DNA of 63,426 bases, counting the filler, from Asterionella formosa (Eukaryota): assembly GCA_002256025.1 (NCBI GenBank). It is 15 parts of 15 records of this genome, joined end to end, with 100 filler letters (N's around TTAATTAATTAA, not from the genome) between each part and the next. Parts side by side here need not be neighbours in the genome. Positions count along the whole stretch, not along the records: positions 22,322 to 44,509 come from NKIB01002835.1; 14 more parts are not named here. One strand, 5' to 3'. The notes beneath the pieces are model-generated. The model ran no database searches, was not told the origin of the DNA, and saw only the letters and a program-made list of their open reading frames with translations. Numbering within the stretch: the first letter of the stretch is position 1; the number at the start of each line of letters is the position of its first letter. This document shows positions 25,401 to 37,179 of the stretch, piece after piece. The translations under genes were made by a program, and so were the position numbers.

Positions 25401-25859
25401 TTGAATGGGACACCAACATCTATGAAAAGTAAAATGCAATCGTGTGTTACATTGTCTGTGACAGAAGCAGAATTGGTTGCAGCCACGCAATGTGCGCAGG
25501 ATATGCTGTATGTCATGAGGGTTCTAGAGTCAATGGGACTCAAGGTGAAGAAACCAATGAGACTAAGCATTGATAATAAAGGTGCAGTCGATCTAACAAA
25601 CAATTGGAGTGTTGGAGGTCGAACTCGTCATGTGGATGTGCGATATTATTTTTTACGTAAATTGAAGGAAGAGAATGTCATAATCTCTGAATGGATTGAT
25701 ACAGAAAACAATCATAGTGATTTATTCACAAAGAATTTGGCAAGAACTTTATTTGAAAAACATACTGCAAAGTTCTGTGGTAATGATAAGTATATGAAGA
25801 GCTATGAAGATAGAGACTCTCAAGGGGAGGGTGTTGGAGGTTATAAAGACTCCAGGTGA
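22421..25859 (+). CDS. pol: Copia Pol polyprotein (PR-IN-RT-RH), split by one extra A in an A8 run at 23756-23763
   Basis: ORFs 22421..23779 and 23727..25859 join as ..MWDKKTNRVHETRD.. if one A is removed. Confidence 0.9.
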
Positions 25860-26035
25860 CGTTGAGAGTCTGATGAGTCAAATCGTGAAATGTTTCATGG
25901 GACTGACAGTGGGATCAAAATTAGTTGGAGTAGAAGTCTTGAATTGTATTTGGTAAGATTGAATCTGACAGGATTAAGTTTGGCAGGACCAGTTGGCAAG
26001 ATTGATAGTTTAGATATAATTACAATTAGTTCACA
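25832..26035 (+). repeat. Putative 3' LTR preceded by a polypurine tract
   Basis: PPT AAGGGGAGGG (25822-25831) is followed directly by TGTTGG. The candidate end ..TTCACA at 26035 is inferred. Confidence 0.6.
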
Positions 26036-27214
26036 ATCTGAGAAACCTTTAGCTCGCTTAAAAAACAGTTAGCTGAGTGGACAGTAGCACAAACGAAAAC
26101 AATGGCAACGTGCTGGTACAAGCGAGCAGGCGATCTTCCATTACCAACAACAAAACAACTACTACTTACCAGATTCCATTTCACCATGATGCGTGGCGAC
26201 ACTGCAGTAACAGTTGCAACTGCTGTAACGGCGCCACTTCCTCAGCACCCTATGGTCACTCCTATTACACAACAAGAAGATATGATGCAAGGACCACAAG
26301 TCTAAGAATGATGCAACAACTACTGCGAAAAAAATACAAGGAGACAGAACCGTCAAGAGCACCATCAGTCTACAAACGATGCAATAACTGCAAAAAAAAC
26401 ATGCAAATGATAAAATATTTTCTAACCATCGCCCATAAATAACTACATGTATGGTAACATGTTAATCAAGCAAAGGCTTTGAGTCACTTCGACCGTTTCT
26501 GTCACTTTTAAAATGGATAGATCTCAGTTAAAAGATGTTCTAGTAAAGAAATGATCTAATTCTCATGTAGCTTAATGAACAAACTAATATCGTGCCAAAG
26601 GTGAAAGAGGGGATTGATTTTAGCATAATTCTAGAATTAGTCGGAAAATGACATAATAACGTGGCTCAAAGCCATTTTTAACTGGTACCAGGTACCCTGG
26701 CAGTACCAGGAGTACCAGGTAGGAGTACTACTTTTAATAATACCTGCACGGTGATGTACGTTGTACATACATATACTCGTATACCGGTGCGTAGCATCCG
26801 CCCGTAAGAGCATCGCCACCGCATCGACCAAATACCAAGCCAATTGAAGTTGCGGGTCATTACACGTCATGATGCGTTGTGTTGGTCGAAAAAGCAAAAA
26901 TATTTTAGCCACCGCATCAACCAAGACCAAATATGCTTTGGTCTTGATCGAGGATGACCCCGCCCCTTATCGACCAAATATCAGGTATTTGGTCGATTAG
27001 ACTCCGACCGTAGCCAAATAAAAGGAGCATTTCTATTGGTTTAGATTGTGGCTCGGGCCAGCAACCTAACGTTTATAGTTCAATGAGTGCATACATAATT
27101 ACAGTACATTCACTATTGTCTCTTCATGTAGAACTCTATAGGCCAATGTGATCTTGGTGTGGTGTATACATCATATTGAGTCAACATCATAAAACAACAA
27201 TCATCATTGTCAGG

Positions 27215-28019
27215 ATGGGTTCCGGTGTCACGTGGCAGAAGGAAGAGGACGAAGCACTCTCTCGGGCCTGGGTAGCTGCAAGTGAAGACGCAATCACTGG
27301 GACTGGTCAGAAAGCAAGCAAGTTTTTGAGCAGGGTATTCGAGATTAATGTTGAGCTTATCCCAGATGGGAAGGATCGCACCTCAACAGCGTGCACTGCT
27401 CGATGGGGAACAATCAATCAAGATTTGACAAAGTTTTCGGCCTCTATTCACAGGTTACGTCCATTGCTAAGTCAGGATGGACAGACGACAACTATCTTGA
27501 AGAAGCCAGGGAACTATTTAAATTAGAGGGAAAAGGAAGGAAACGGGTAGAGAATTCCTGTTCGAAGGGTCGTGTTGGCGAATTTTGAAGGATGCCCCAA
27601 AGTGGAAGGGTGGGTGTGGATATGTCCGAGATCAGCAGCAAATCGCAAAGAAGAGTCCTGAGTTACTAGATGTGCGTCCCATGGGGACGAAAGCAGCAAA
27701 AGATAGTAAGCTGCTCGCAAATGCTCAGCTTGTCATTGAACAAAAACACGTGCAGATGTTGGAAAGAAAGGTGAAGACGCAACGTGATGAATTTTTGTTT
27801 AAGATTTTCTCTCTTAATATTAATTCAGAGGAAGCTTAAAGATGGTTTGCTATGAAGGCTCAAGAAGCTATGGAGGAGATGGAGGATAGCTCAAAACCAT
27901 CACGCAAAAAAACCAAGACCGGTTCTTTGGAGTCAGGCAGTTCAGTTGAAATAGATATTTCAACTTCTCGTTCATCATCTACTGATGATGAGGTTTCGAT
28001 TCTAGAGACTGGACCATAA
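27215..28019 (+). pseudogene. Harbinger ORF1 (Myb/SANT-like DNA-binding protein), disrupted
   Basis: WQKEEDEALSRAW..SEDAITGTGQK..RW..I..KF. Frameshifts around 27450-27580 and a stop at ~27837. Confidence 0.8.
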
Positions 28020-28169
28020 GAGTATTAAACCAGTTTGATTATAGTGACATTACATTACACTAATCCTTTCATTATTGCTGCCAATCTAGAACTTGAACTT
28101 TAAAGACTTAAAAATATAAATCTAGAATCAGGTAATTATCTATTATTTGTTCTTGTTTTGATATGCTCC

Positions 28170-28781
28170 TCTGTGTTCTTTGGGACAGTTTTTCCACTCC
28201 TAATGCATGACATCCAATGAACCTAGAAGACCCGGTCAACCCTTTCCTTCATGCAAACGTAGAATCATCTCAAGGTCCTCTTTGGTCGGAGCTCTAAGAT
28301 ACTCTTTCCCATACCTGTTGATTATTGCGTAACAGAAGTGTTGCAAATTGTTGAGTGTTGTTGACTCTGACATCCTTGTTAAATCATCCAACTGATCAGC
28401 CGATGTTCCATACTAGGCTAACATGCGAAGCGCGGAGGTAAGTTTTTGGTGTGGCGAAAATCCCAGTAAACCCAAGGCATCCTTCTTCTGAGAAAAGTAA
28501 GAATCCGAAGAAACCAAATCATCAAGAATCTTCTCAAACAACGAATGTCTCATCTAGAAGCGCCTCCTGAACATTGCTGACGAGTAAGTCGGATTTTCAC
28601 CGAAATAATCCTTTTTCAAAAGCTTGTCATAGTCTGTCCGAAAATGATTGAGATTGGATGTCTTTCCCACCTTTAATCCTCCTCCCTTGTTTCTTTCTTG
28701 CTTGGCATTCTCGCTTTGCTTCCGCATATTGCGGAAGTGGAAGAAGCGATCGTCCTCTGACGAGTCGCTATCATTGCTCAT
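28170..28781 (-). pseudogene. Harbinger transposase, 3'-truncated
   Basis: DYFGENPTY..FRRRF*M, DALGLLGFSPHQKLTSALRMLA, EYLRAPT. Homology stops near the first catalytic Asp region. Confidence 0.85.
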
Positions 28782-29288
28782 TTTCGCTGTGTCGAAACAA
28801 AAGTCATATTTATTGGTAATAGTAAAGAAGCCACAATTCTCTACGAACAATATTCAAGTACAAAGTAGTAATATTTTTTCATGGGCAGTACCAGATAGTA
28901 CCGGTAGGAGTATTGCAAGCTGTTTAAGAATAAGGTATGTATGCGGCTACTTCATGAATTAAAAGCGATACAAACAAAAAACTACAGTCTACCTTTATTT
29001 CTATTGGCTAATTATTAAGGCGTGAGATTTGACTAATATAAGATTTGGTCGATGTGGTGGGAAAAAAAAAGAAAAATTCGACCATTGATAAAAAATTTCT
29101 CGACCAAGTGACGTGTATTGATTTTTTCAACTGCAATTGGCTTTGGTATTTGGTCGATGCGGTGGCAATGCTCTAAGGAACACCGGAAGTCAAAGTCGAG
29201 TCGTTCGACTATTGGTGTAACGTAAATGCCATGTGATCAGGTGACTTTGACATAATACTACCTGGTACCTGTTGTTGGTACCTTGACG

Positions 29289-30888
29289 ATGGTGACAATT
29301 TTATCCCAAAGAAAGAGGCTGAAGGATCGTTTGGACAAGTCCTCCAAGATATGCATCATTGGCAGTGGTCTGGGAGGTTTGGGAGCTGCCTTATCGCTTG
29401 AAAAAGCTGGTTTTCATAACATCGTCATTTTTGAACGGGATGTGTCGTTCGACGCTAGGCGAGAAGGCTATGGATTGACCTTGTCCTACAACCCTAAAGG
29501 ACCTCTAGCTCACTTAGATCTTCTGGACGATCTTGCGCAGCTAGATTGTCCAAGTAAGTGTCATTACATTTTCAAGGTAGGTTCTTATACAACGAGATAG
29601 AACAGAGGGTTGCAGGATGAAATCCTGATTTTCCTTCTCACACATTGCAATTTTTCTTCCACACTTTAGCCCGATGGACAAATCGCTGGTTACTTTGGAA
29701 ATGCATTTATCCCTAATCGTGGATTTGGACAGCGAGGTAATTTGAGAATACCTCGCCAGGTTCTACGACGTCTATTGATGGATCGGATGAAAGCAAAGGT
29801 TGTGTTTGGCAAGCTCTTAATCGGTTTGGAATCAGTTGTTGAGAACAAGATATGCCTGAAGTTCGGAGATGGATCAAACGAAGAAAATGTTGATCTGCTT
29901 ATCGGGGCGGATGGAATACGAAGTTCTGTTGTCAAACTAGTTGTCCCGAATGTCCCTGGTCCAAAATACCTTGGTGTCATGATAATTTTAGGAATTGCAG
30001 AATTTAATCACCCTTTACTTGACGAGCGCGGCTTCTATACTCTTGATGGTAATCATCGACTTTTCACCATGCCATATGAAGAAAGGAGTTCAGAAATTCA
30101 CAAGGCGCGAGTCATGTGGCAGCTCTCCTACAATTTAGCGGACGAGGATGAATCAAGAAAGTTGAGTTTGGAAGGGCCGAAGTCTCTTCGCGATGAAGTA
30201 CTTCGACGATGTCGTTATTGGCATGATCCCGTAGTTGAATTGATACATGCTACCTCTTTGGAAACTATTTGGGGGACCGGTTTAATGGATCGTGATCCAG
30301 AAGAATTGGTTCGTGACATTGCTGGTTGCAAATTTTCAAATGTGGTAGTTTTGGGCGATGCTGCGCATTCAATGTCACCGTTCAAAGGTGAGCTTGGTAC
30401 GAAAATCGCTACAGGTGAAGCGCGTGGCCTTATTCAAAATCTTATCTGTACGATGATTTACTTTTCTAACTCCTTGTCACCACTCATTGAACTCATTTCC
30501 AAAACAACATGATCCTCAACTGCATGTAGGGCAAGGCGCAAACCAAGCGTTAACAGATGGACCGCTTCTGGCGTCGTGGCTAGAGCGAGCTTCAATATGT
30601 ACTGCTGTGAAGTGTTTTCATCGTGAAATGGCAACTCGTACTGGAGTGAAAGTGAGAGCATCAAGAGAAGCAGCTGGTTTTCTACATTCTCCAATGGTGC
30701 TGTTGGATCCACCGAGTTTTGCAGGAGTTTCCAGCGACACTGTCCGAACATTTTTGGAGACTTTAAAGAATAGCAAAGTTGGCTCCTGGAATGGATCGCA
30801 CATAGACACGATTATTCGGCAGCATATTGATGAGAATAGAACGAGGTCGCATGACCTTCAGCGAGTTGAGGGTTCCATCAGTTGCTAG
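29289..30888 (+). CDS. FAD-dependent monooxygenase (FAD_binding_3 / UbiH-like); exons 29289-29576, 29670-30387 and 30530-30888, ~454 aa
   Basis: GSGLGG Rossmann motif and DLLIGADGIRS. Removing two GT-AG introns restores GDAAHSMSPFKGQGANQAL. Confidence 0.9.
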
Positions 30889-31053
30889 GGCTGAACTTCT
30901 GAGATTCTTCCTCCCATGGGCTAATTTTCAATCGTCAATTTCTTCGAACTTCTTTCTTTCTGAATAATTATCTAACCGTTCTAAGTAAATTGATAAATCA
31001 AAATGTATTCCTATCTCTAAGATATCCATGACTCTAGTAGTCACCAGAATAGG

Positions 31054-31899
31054 CTACACTGCATCCGACATTTCAGTGGTGACCTTTTCAACCTTTTCTT
31101 CGCCTTCAAATGGAACCTTTTCTTCCCATGTCGTTAAGGTTGGACTAGCAGTGTCATGGGGTCCGTATTGCGAATCCTGAAGGACTGTCGTGTGAGTAAC
31201 CCCATGAATGCGAGAAGGGACATGAAAGGATCCTGTAAACTTAAACTGGTTTTCCGTCCAATGTCCAAGTGGAATTAGTTCCTTGCCTTCGCCAACGACG
31301 TCGTTGATGAGCTCAACACCCCCCAACCAGAATGCGATTGCAGCCGTGACTAAGCCTAAATATCCTGCCACTTGATTGGCGGTTTCGTTGCGAACGCCTC
31401 CCATCAAAGTGAATAGGAGAACGGTGAGGAAACCGAAGAGCAGGCAAATAGTCTTGTTCATTTTTAGTGTGCAAATCCAGAGGACGAATGAGAAAACTCC
31501 AACAAGGAAGAAGAGAGCTTGAGTGCCTTTTGGCTGAGAAGGTGGCTCCCCTACAGCGATAAAGGTAACTAGCTCAACAGTACTCAATGACATCCAGAAG
31601 CCGCCGTACAACAAAAATGCAGTATAACCGAAGATGTTGTTACGTTTGATCTCGCCGAGTCCGGCAATAACTTGTAACAATCCTCCGAAGAACAATGCGA
31701 ACCCTGTCAGATAGAGATCTGCTCCTTTCTGGTCGCCGCCCAGTAACTCAGCATGCTTCACCATAGCCAGTGCAGTAGTGAGACCAAAGGCAAACAGACC
31801 AAGAGGGGCAGGGTTAGGTACTGGTGGGTGGATGTGTGGCCCAAGGGCTTTAACTTCACGGGCAAGGGCCAAGAAATCTCTGTTTTGCATTTGAGACAT
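31054..31899 (-). CDS. GPR1/FUN34/YaaH (Ady2/SatP-like) acetate or monocarboxylate transporter
   Basis: NPAPLGL signature, GGLLQ and YGGFW motifs, about six transmembrane segments. Confidence 0.92.
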   Translation of the reverse strand: MSQMQNRDFLALAREVKALGPHIHPPVPNPAPLGLFAFGLTTALAMVKHAELLGGDQKGADLYLTGFALFFGGLLQVIAGLGEIKRNNIFGYTAFLLYGGFWMSLSTVELVTFIAVGEPPSQPKGTQALFFLVGVFSFVLWICTLKMNKTICLLFGFLTVLLFTLMGGVRNETANQVAGYLGLVTAAIAFWLGGVELINDVVGEGKELIPLGHWTENQFKFTGSFHVPSRIHGVTHTTVLQDSQYGPHDTASPTLTTWEEKVPFEGEEKVEKVTTEMSDAV

Positions 31900-32909
31900 T
31901 GTTATATGTGGAGCTTTTCTTCAATTTTTATAAGCAAGATTTTAAGCCAAAGAATATACCGGTATATTTATTCTTGACACTTTGATGGTGTGCGTGGTTC
32001 GCATTTTATCTTGAACACCGATATCCTTTGTAAAAAGGCTAGTATCGCAGAATTAAATATTATTATGTTTGTTGCCTTCTGCGTCGTTTCTGAGAATTCC
32101 CATTTGTACCAAATACATACAATACGAATCTTTTAGTGTTCTGGTTAAAGGAAAAAATTGGCTTTAATGAAGAAATTTAGCTTCGTTTTCCTTATAGTAT
32201 GAACCGTCTTTTTGCAACTTCCCGGAGTTCACCGGTTTTATTTATGATTTATTTAGAGGTAAAGAACAAGTACGAAACTTCAAGTTTGATCACATGGCAA
32301 AGAATCGTGGGTTGCATGTATTTCCGTGCGGAGGAAAATATATAAGAACTAAACTGTACATATAATAGTAGTTACATTCCTTTCGCTCTACTGCAATGGA
32401 AATTCTTGTCATTACGGAAATTCTAATAATTTATACCAACTGTGGACTTGAGTCCAAAGTCTGATGTTGTGTGCAAACATTCTTCTTGCTACTTGCACAT
32501 GCCTGATCAGTTACTGCAAATGGTGTTGTCAAAGCCCCAAGAATCTGTCAACAACTTAATGTTGAACAAAGCTTTATTTGAAGTAAAATCAAAGGATTCT
32601 GCTTCTCCACTCTGCATAAGAAATCTTGCCATTAAATAAAATCCAAGTGCACCAATAGCACACTCACTGACATTACAATCCATAAAGAGTCTTTAACACA
32701 TTTTTTCGCAGTAGTAATGCGCATCACATGAATTTTTAAAAAAACACTATTTTTCAAAGCATCCATGTAGACAACAAAAGAAACTAAGCTAGTACTATCA
32801 CAGCGATCCTACTAGCACTGGTAAGCACCCCCTCTCACCATGGAGGGCGATGTTTATTTACAGCAGCGCAATCAAATCAGACTCTTGCTAACAAATCTCT
32901 ACACAGTAT

Positions 32910-33187
32910 GCAATGAGCTACACACATATGAATGAATCAACAGAAACAACAAGAAACTCAAGGAGCTTGATGAAAATGAAAGGAATGCAACAACATGCAT
33001 CATTCAATTGAAGAGCGCATTTGTCGATGTCCTGTCATCGTAATCTGGTCTGCAGTGGCGCTTTGAGCTACACAATAACTAAAGCGTACGCAATGAGCTA
33101 CAAACACATGAAAGAATCAAATAAACACCAAGAAACTCAAAGAGCTTCACGAAAATGGCTGGAATAAGATGCATTATTCATTCAAGA
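32910..33187 (+). repeat. Imperfect ~100-bp direct repeat with 180-bp period
   Basis: gcaatgagctaca..gaatcaa..aagaaactcaa.gagctt..gaaaatg at 32910 and 33090. Confidence 0.7.
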
Positions 33188-33689
33188 AAATTTATGATGA
33201 TCATGTCACCACATTTCCTTTTGATCCAAACAGATACTAAAGCTGCACAATTATCAGAGTCTGCCATCAATACCACAAAAGTCAAGGCAAACACATGGGA
33301 GGCAAATAAATGTCTCATTAAAAGATCAAACCAAGCCATCTGCCCTCTCCTCAGTCATCAAGATGTGGGGAAAGATTAACTCACCAGTGCCAAAATATGG
33401 CATTTACAGCACACATAATTTCCCCTACTCTCATTCGAGAGAGTGTCACCCTTTCCCCGCCTTGCAGCGCCCAAAGTCACCACGTTTGTTGGGTTGATAC
33501 TGGGTAGGTTAAGATTTTTATACAACCTAGGCTGTCAATGCCAGGAAGCGCACCTCAAGCTACCCTAATAACCCTTGAGTAGTCTTAAGGCACTTAATAA
33601 ACGAAGTTAATTATAAAGTATGCATGATGCTTTTAACATAAACTCTAAACTGTTACTCATAGATTGATGTAGACATTTACAAATAGCAT

Positions 33690-34480
33690 TAGCTTTTTGT
33701 GAACTGAATCAGAGACATCTTTAATTCATTTCAACACTAACATGAGTAGGAAAGTAATACCAGTAATTTCACCGCCATTGTCATGTATACGACGTTCTGG
33801 ATTGGGATAACAAATCATTTTCAATCTTCATTGCAATACATTTGATTTCTATCGTTGATGCGAGAAAACTACTTGTTTCCAAATATTTGGATGTGGTACT
33901 AGTATTCATGGATACCGGAAGTAATCTTTTTGGCGTGTCGAACAGAATGCTATACGTTTTCTAATACATTCGCAGTGTTTGAGCTGGTGTGTGCTGAAGA
34001 TATAGGCCAATGGATGGTGACTGTTGAATTAAATTCATTGCGGTAAGCATATCCATTTGAAACCTCCATGTTTGATGGTGGGAAGCATTGTTGTTCCAAG
34101 ATCCAAGTTTATTCGCAGCCAGGAGGATACAGGTGAGGTGCAGAGACATCTGGTGATTGATATTCTCCAGATATTCTCCATATATTCTATGCTACCACCA
34201 ATGATGGGCGAAGTGGAGATGGTCACTCCCAGATACTTGTGCTCTAAACGCTTCTTTCCTTTGGCTTGTCGGGAGTTCACCTGATTGTATGTGTCGACTG
34301 AATCGTTTTCTTGTTGTCGCAAAGTGTTGTTGAGGCGTCGGGGAAACGAGTGGTCAACGTACAGATCGGCAAAGAAATCATCCAAATGTACTAGGTCCCT
34401 GTTGTTCCATCTCAGATTTCGCATTCCGATACTTCATGCCGCTTATGCTTAGCTGCATTGGAGTTGAAACAAATCGCATG
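33690..34480 (-). mobile_element. Highly decayed Ty3/gypsy pol relic (RT and integrase fragments)
   Basis: HLDD..KYLG (RT) upstream of YPNPERRIHDNGGEITG (integrase), i.e. gypsy order. Confidence 0.65.
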
Positions 34481-34569
34481 GTAAAAGTCCCTGGAACAGA
34501 AAATGATCTTGGAAGATGGCTTGGTGTTGCTGAAATCATAGGACATGCAATGTGTTCTTATGTGTTAAA

Positions 34570-34904
34570 GAGGGAATGGCTTAGTGGTTTAGCACATTGC
34601 CTTTGATCAATAATTGGGTTTGACTCCCACACTCCTTATCGTCCCGCACGGTTTTGCCTGATGTGCAAGAAATAGCTAGTGGGTTGCCCCGCCCCTACAA
34701 GCAGCTTGTGCCCCCTTCCTAGGCGGTCGGGGTTTCCCCTATCGCTGCGGCTAAGACAATCACCTTTCGCGAAAGGTGGTTGGGGACTCACCTATGCTAA
34801 CAAAACTAGGAAATCACAGGTCTTGTTGGCAGGTAGCACAATGACAGACTTGCCTACTAGAAATAGGGGAGTACAAATGGGCAATAAAACATACTAACTT
34901 TTAT
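34570..34904 (+). mobile_element. Candidate tRNA-derived SINE
   Basis: A-box TGGCTTAGTGG and B-box/T-arm TGGG-TTTGACT-CCCA, GC-rich hairpin body, AT-rich tail. Flanks ttatgtgttaaa / ttatctgttaaa match at 11 of 12 bp. Confidence 0.6.
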
Positions 34905-35089
34905 TTATCTGTTAAAACAGAATAGCTGGGTAATTTCTAGATCCTCAGCAGTCCGACCTATTACAACGAAGGAATGTACCGATGAAACTGAAAGAAATGT
35001 GAGGCTGGAGTTTGACAAGGAAATAGAGGAAATCTATTCTGAATTTGATGAATCCCTCATCCGCAATGGTCCAAATGAAGAAATGGAAG

Positions 35090-35280
35090 AGCCAGCCTTC
35101 CTGATTGCTGTAACCAAAAACTTAAATATCATGATGACTGACATCGGTAATGCTTTTCTCGATGCCAAGTCTTAGGAAAAATTATATCCTATTGCAGGCC
35201 CAGAATTTGGGGATGACGAAGGAAATATTGCTATTAGAGGGAGTCGACAGTGCTGGAGCAGCCTGGCGATCATACTCCAT
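35090..35280 (+). mobile_element. Copia (CoDi) RT relic
   Basis: TDIGNAFLDAKS*EKLYPIAGPEFG..SAGAAWR, similar to the RT at 50434..51163. Confidence 0.7.
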
Positions 35281-35859
35281 CAGAATTTATTGGAATGGAA
35301 TGATGAAATGATGATCAGGGTTGTTTGGTGGGAGGAGCAACTGTGGGTGTAAGGAGACACTGCAACTTGTGTACAGCGATGTGCATGGTTGCAGCAACCA
35401 GATCATCTATGCTACATGACGATGCAGATTTCAATTGGGCTGATCTTTAATCTTCTCATTTCGGTCTTTGATTGTGTGGTGATGGAAAGTCAATTGCCTG
35501 TGTAAGTACTACAATGTCACAATTCATATGTTTCCATTGAAACTCCTATTTTTTACTTCATTTCTAACCCAAAACAATTTTTTCTATTTTTCATTTGACA
35601 CTACTACCTTATTACATCTCATTTCATCCTTTGGTTGCTCCAAATATCATGTTCACTTTTCATTGATGTTGCATGTTACAATCATTCTTGTGTGTTTTTA
35701 CACCTGTTATACCATTTCTATGTATTTTACCATTATTCTGACTGTCATGCTAAAATCGGCAATTTTAATGCCGAAGAATTCGATGTGCCCCATATTGCCC
35801 CTACATAACAATTACTTAACAAATTACTTAGCCTCTAAAAATTACTTAAAAGTACCCTA

Positions 35860-37160
35860 ATGGCAAGACGATAGCTGGAGCGGGAATTGCCAAAGCATGA
35901 GAGAAGTGGAAATATTCTCACGTGTGAAATACAGGCAATTCGAGTTCAACAGTAGATTAAGCGGAAACTTTCAGATTATGAAATTTCTACCACAGATGCT
36001 TTTGAGAAAGGTAATGAGCTATTTTTTGAAAATTATAAAGGCAAGAGCAAGCTGTGAGCATTAAGCAAATCAGTTTCAGACCTTCTCAATGAAACCTTAG
36101 GTCCTCTCAATTTCACTACAATGTTGATGGGACTGACTGTTTTAGCAACAACTGATGATTCCAGCATCTGAATTGATTCAGTCAGTCATCCTTATCCAAC
36201 AATTTGTGTGTAATCGAAATTTATAGTATGTTAAAACTTAGCTAATAATTGCACTTGTGCCGTTGCTGACATAGAGGGAACCAGATAATCCTTATCCAAC
36301 AATTTGCATAGATGTTCATTGTCTAGCCAGGCACAGCTATGCTTTTCCCTATCACTTCTACTTGATACCGCTTGTTCTGGCCTTGTATTGAGGCATTCTG
36401 TTGTACAGAAATACAAAATAGCAACCTATGAAAGACCAATGACAATGACGGGGGCCAGTGGAAAATCACAAGTAAATTGGGTTCAATGCAAGTTGACTGG
36501 TTCTTATTAGGAGGTGCGCCCATTGGTCCAATACCGGCGGCAATACAAGATACCTCAGCCCTTCCAGCCTCACTTGATGTCATTAAAGGTCGGTTTGCTT
36601 GAGTGGACATAGACTTTCGTAACAGTGAACCATTTCTTTGCAAGTCTGAGAGAAAGCCTCTAATTCCTGGAGACCTCCAAGTTGTTGCTGAAGCAGAAAT
36701 GGAACTTGGAATTTGGTGCATGGATGTTAGCTTGCATGGTCGTGGGCTAGTCAAGACGCTTGTTGATACTGGGGCAGCATCTTCATCCTTTTCTTGGGGA
36801 GGTGTTGACAAACTTGGCCTTTCACGAGCTTCTCAATCAGTCACTCAATTGAGAGGAAGAATAGGCGCACTGGGATCTGACAATGATGTCATGGAACTAA
36901 CACACCATTTCACATTTGAAAGAAATTTGAATCTTAGCCCGCAGTCAAATCTACTGGGAGTTTCAATCGGAACGAAGAAATTCGTTGCAGGTAGAGAAGA
37001 TATTGCTTTGCTAGAAATGCTGCGACAAAACGGTGATCAAGCAAATGGAATACTTGGGATCGACTTATTTTCAATGTGCTCGATAGTGAGAATTACATGC
37101 AATGGTCCACTGCTTACATTATATTTATTCAGGAGAAACGATTCCAACAGAGAACCGTAA
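35860..37160 (+). pseudogene. Two-domain retropepsin-like aspartyl protease gene, apparently disrupted
   Basis: LLLDTACSG (~36360), LVDTGA and GILGID motifs. In-frame stops (e.g. 35872, ~36600) and frame changes lie between them. Confidence 0.6.
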
Positions 37161-37179
37161 AATGGTCGCTGTTACGTAC

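Larger units (their letters stand above)
22322..26035 (+). mobile_element. Ty1/copia LTR retrotransposon with near-intact pol; 5' part cut off by the contig edge
   Basis: Protease WIADTAA, GAG-pre-integrase HDKLGH..CEAC, integrase (LDNSGEN), RT (RARLNARGFEQ, DVQGAFL, WVDD), RNase H (SDSDYAKD, RTRHVDVRYY). One frameshift at ~23756. Confidence 0.95.
26808..29173. mobile_element. PIF/Harbinger DNA transposon, internally deleted, with ~45-bp TIRs and TAA TSD
   Basis: Left GAGCATCGCCACCGCATCGACCAAATACCAAGCCAATTG; right (reverse complement) GAGCATTGCCACCGCATCGACCAAATACCAAAGCCAATTG. TAA at 26805-07 and 29174-76. Subterminal GACCAAAT repeats. Confidence 0.93.

Noticed and set aside
29289..31899. Monooxygenase plus acetate transporter as a metabolic cluster or bacterial HGT island
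   Set aside because: The genes are convergent, one has spliceosomal introns, and both families are common in eukaryotes. Nothing shows functional linkage.
34570..34640. Functional tRNA-Gln gene
   Set aside because: The acceptor and anticodon stems pair poorly and the T-loop is mutated, so it is treated as a SINE head.
34657..34675. Hammerhead ribozyme core (CTGATGT..GAAA)
   Set aside because: It lacks the conserved CUGANGA and I found no convincing stems I and III.
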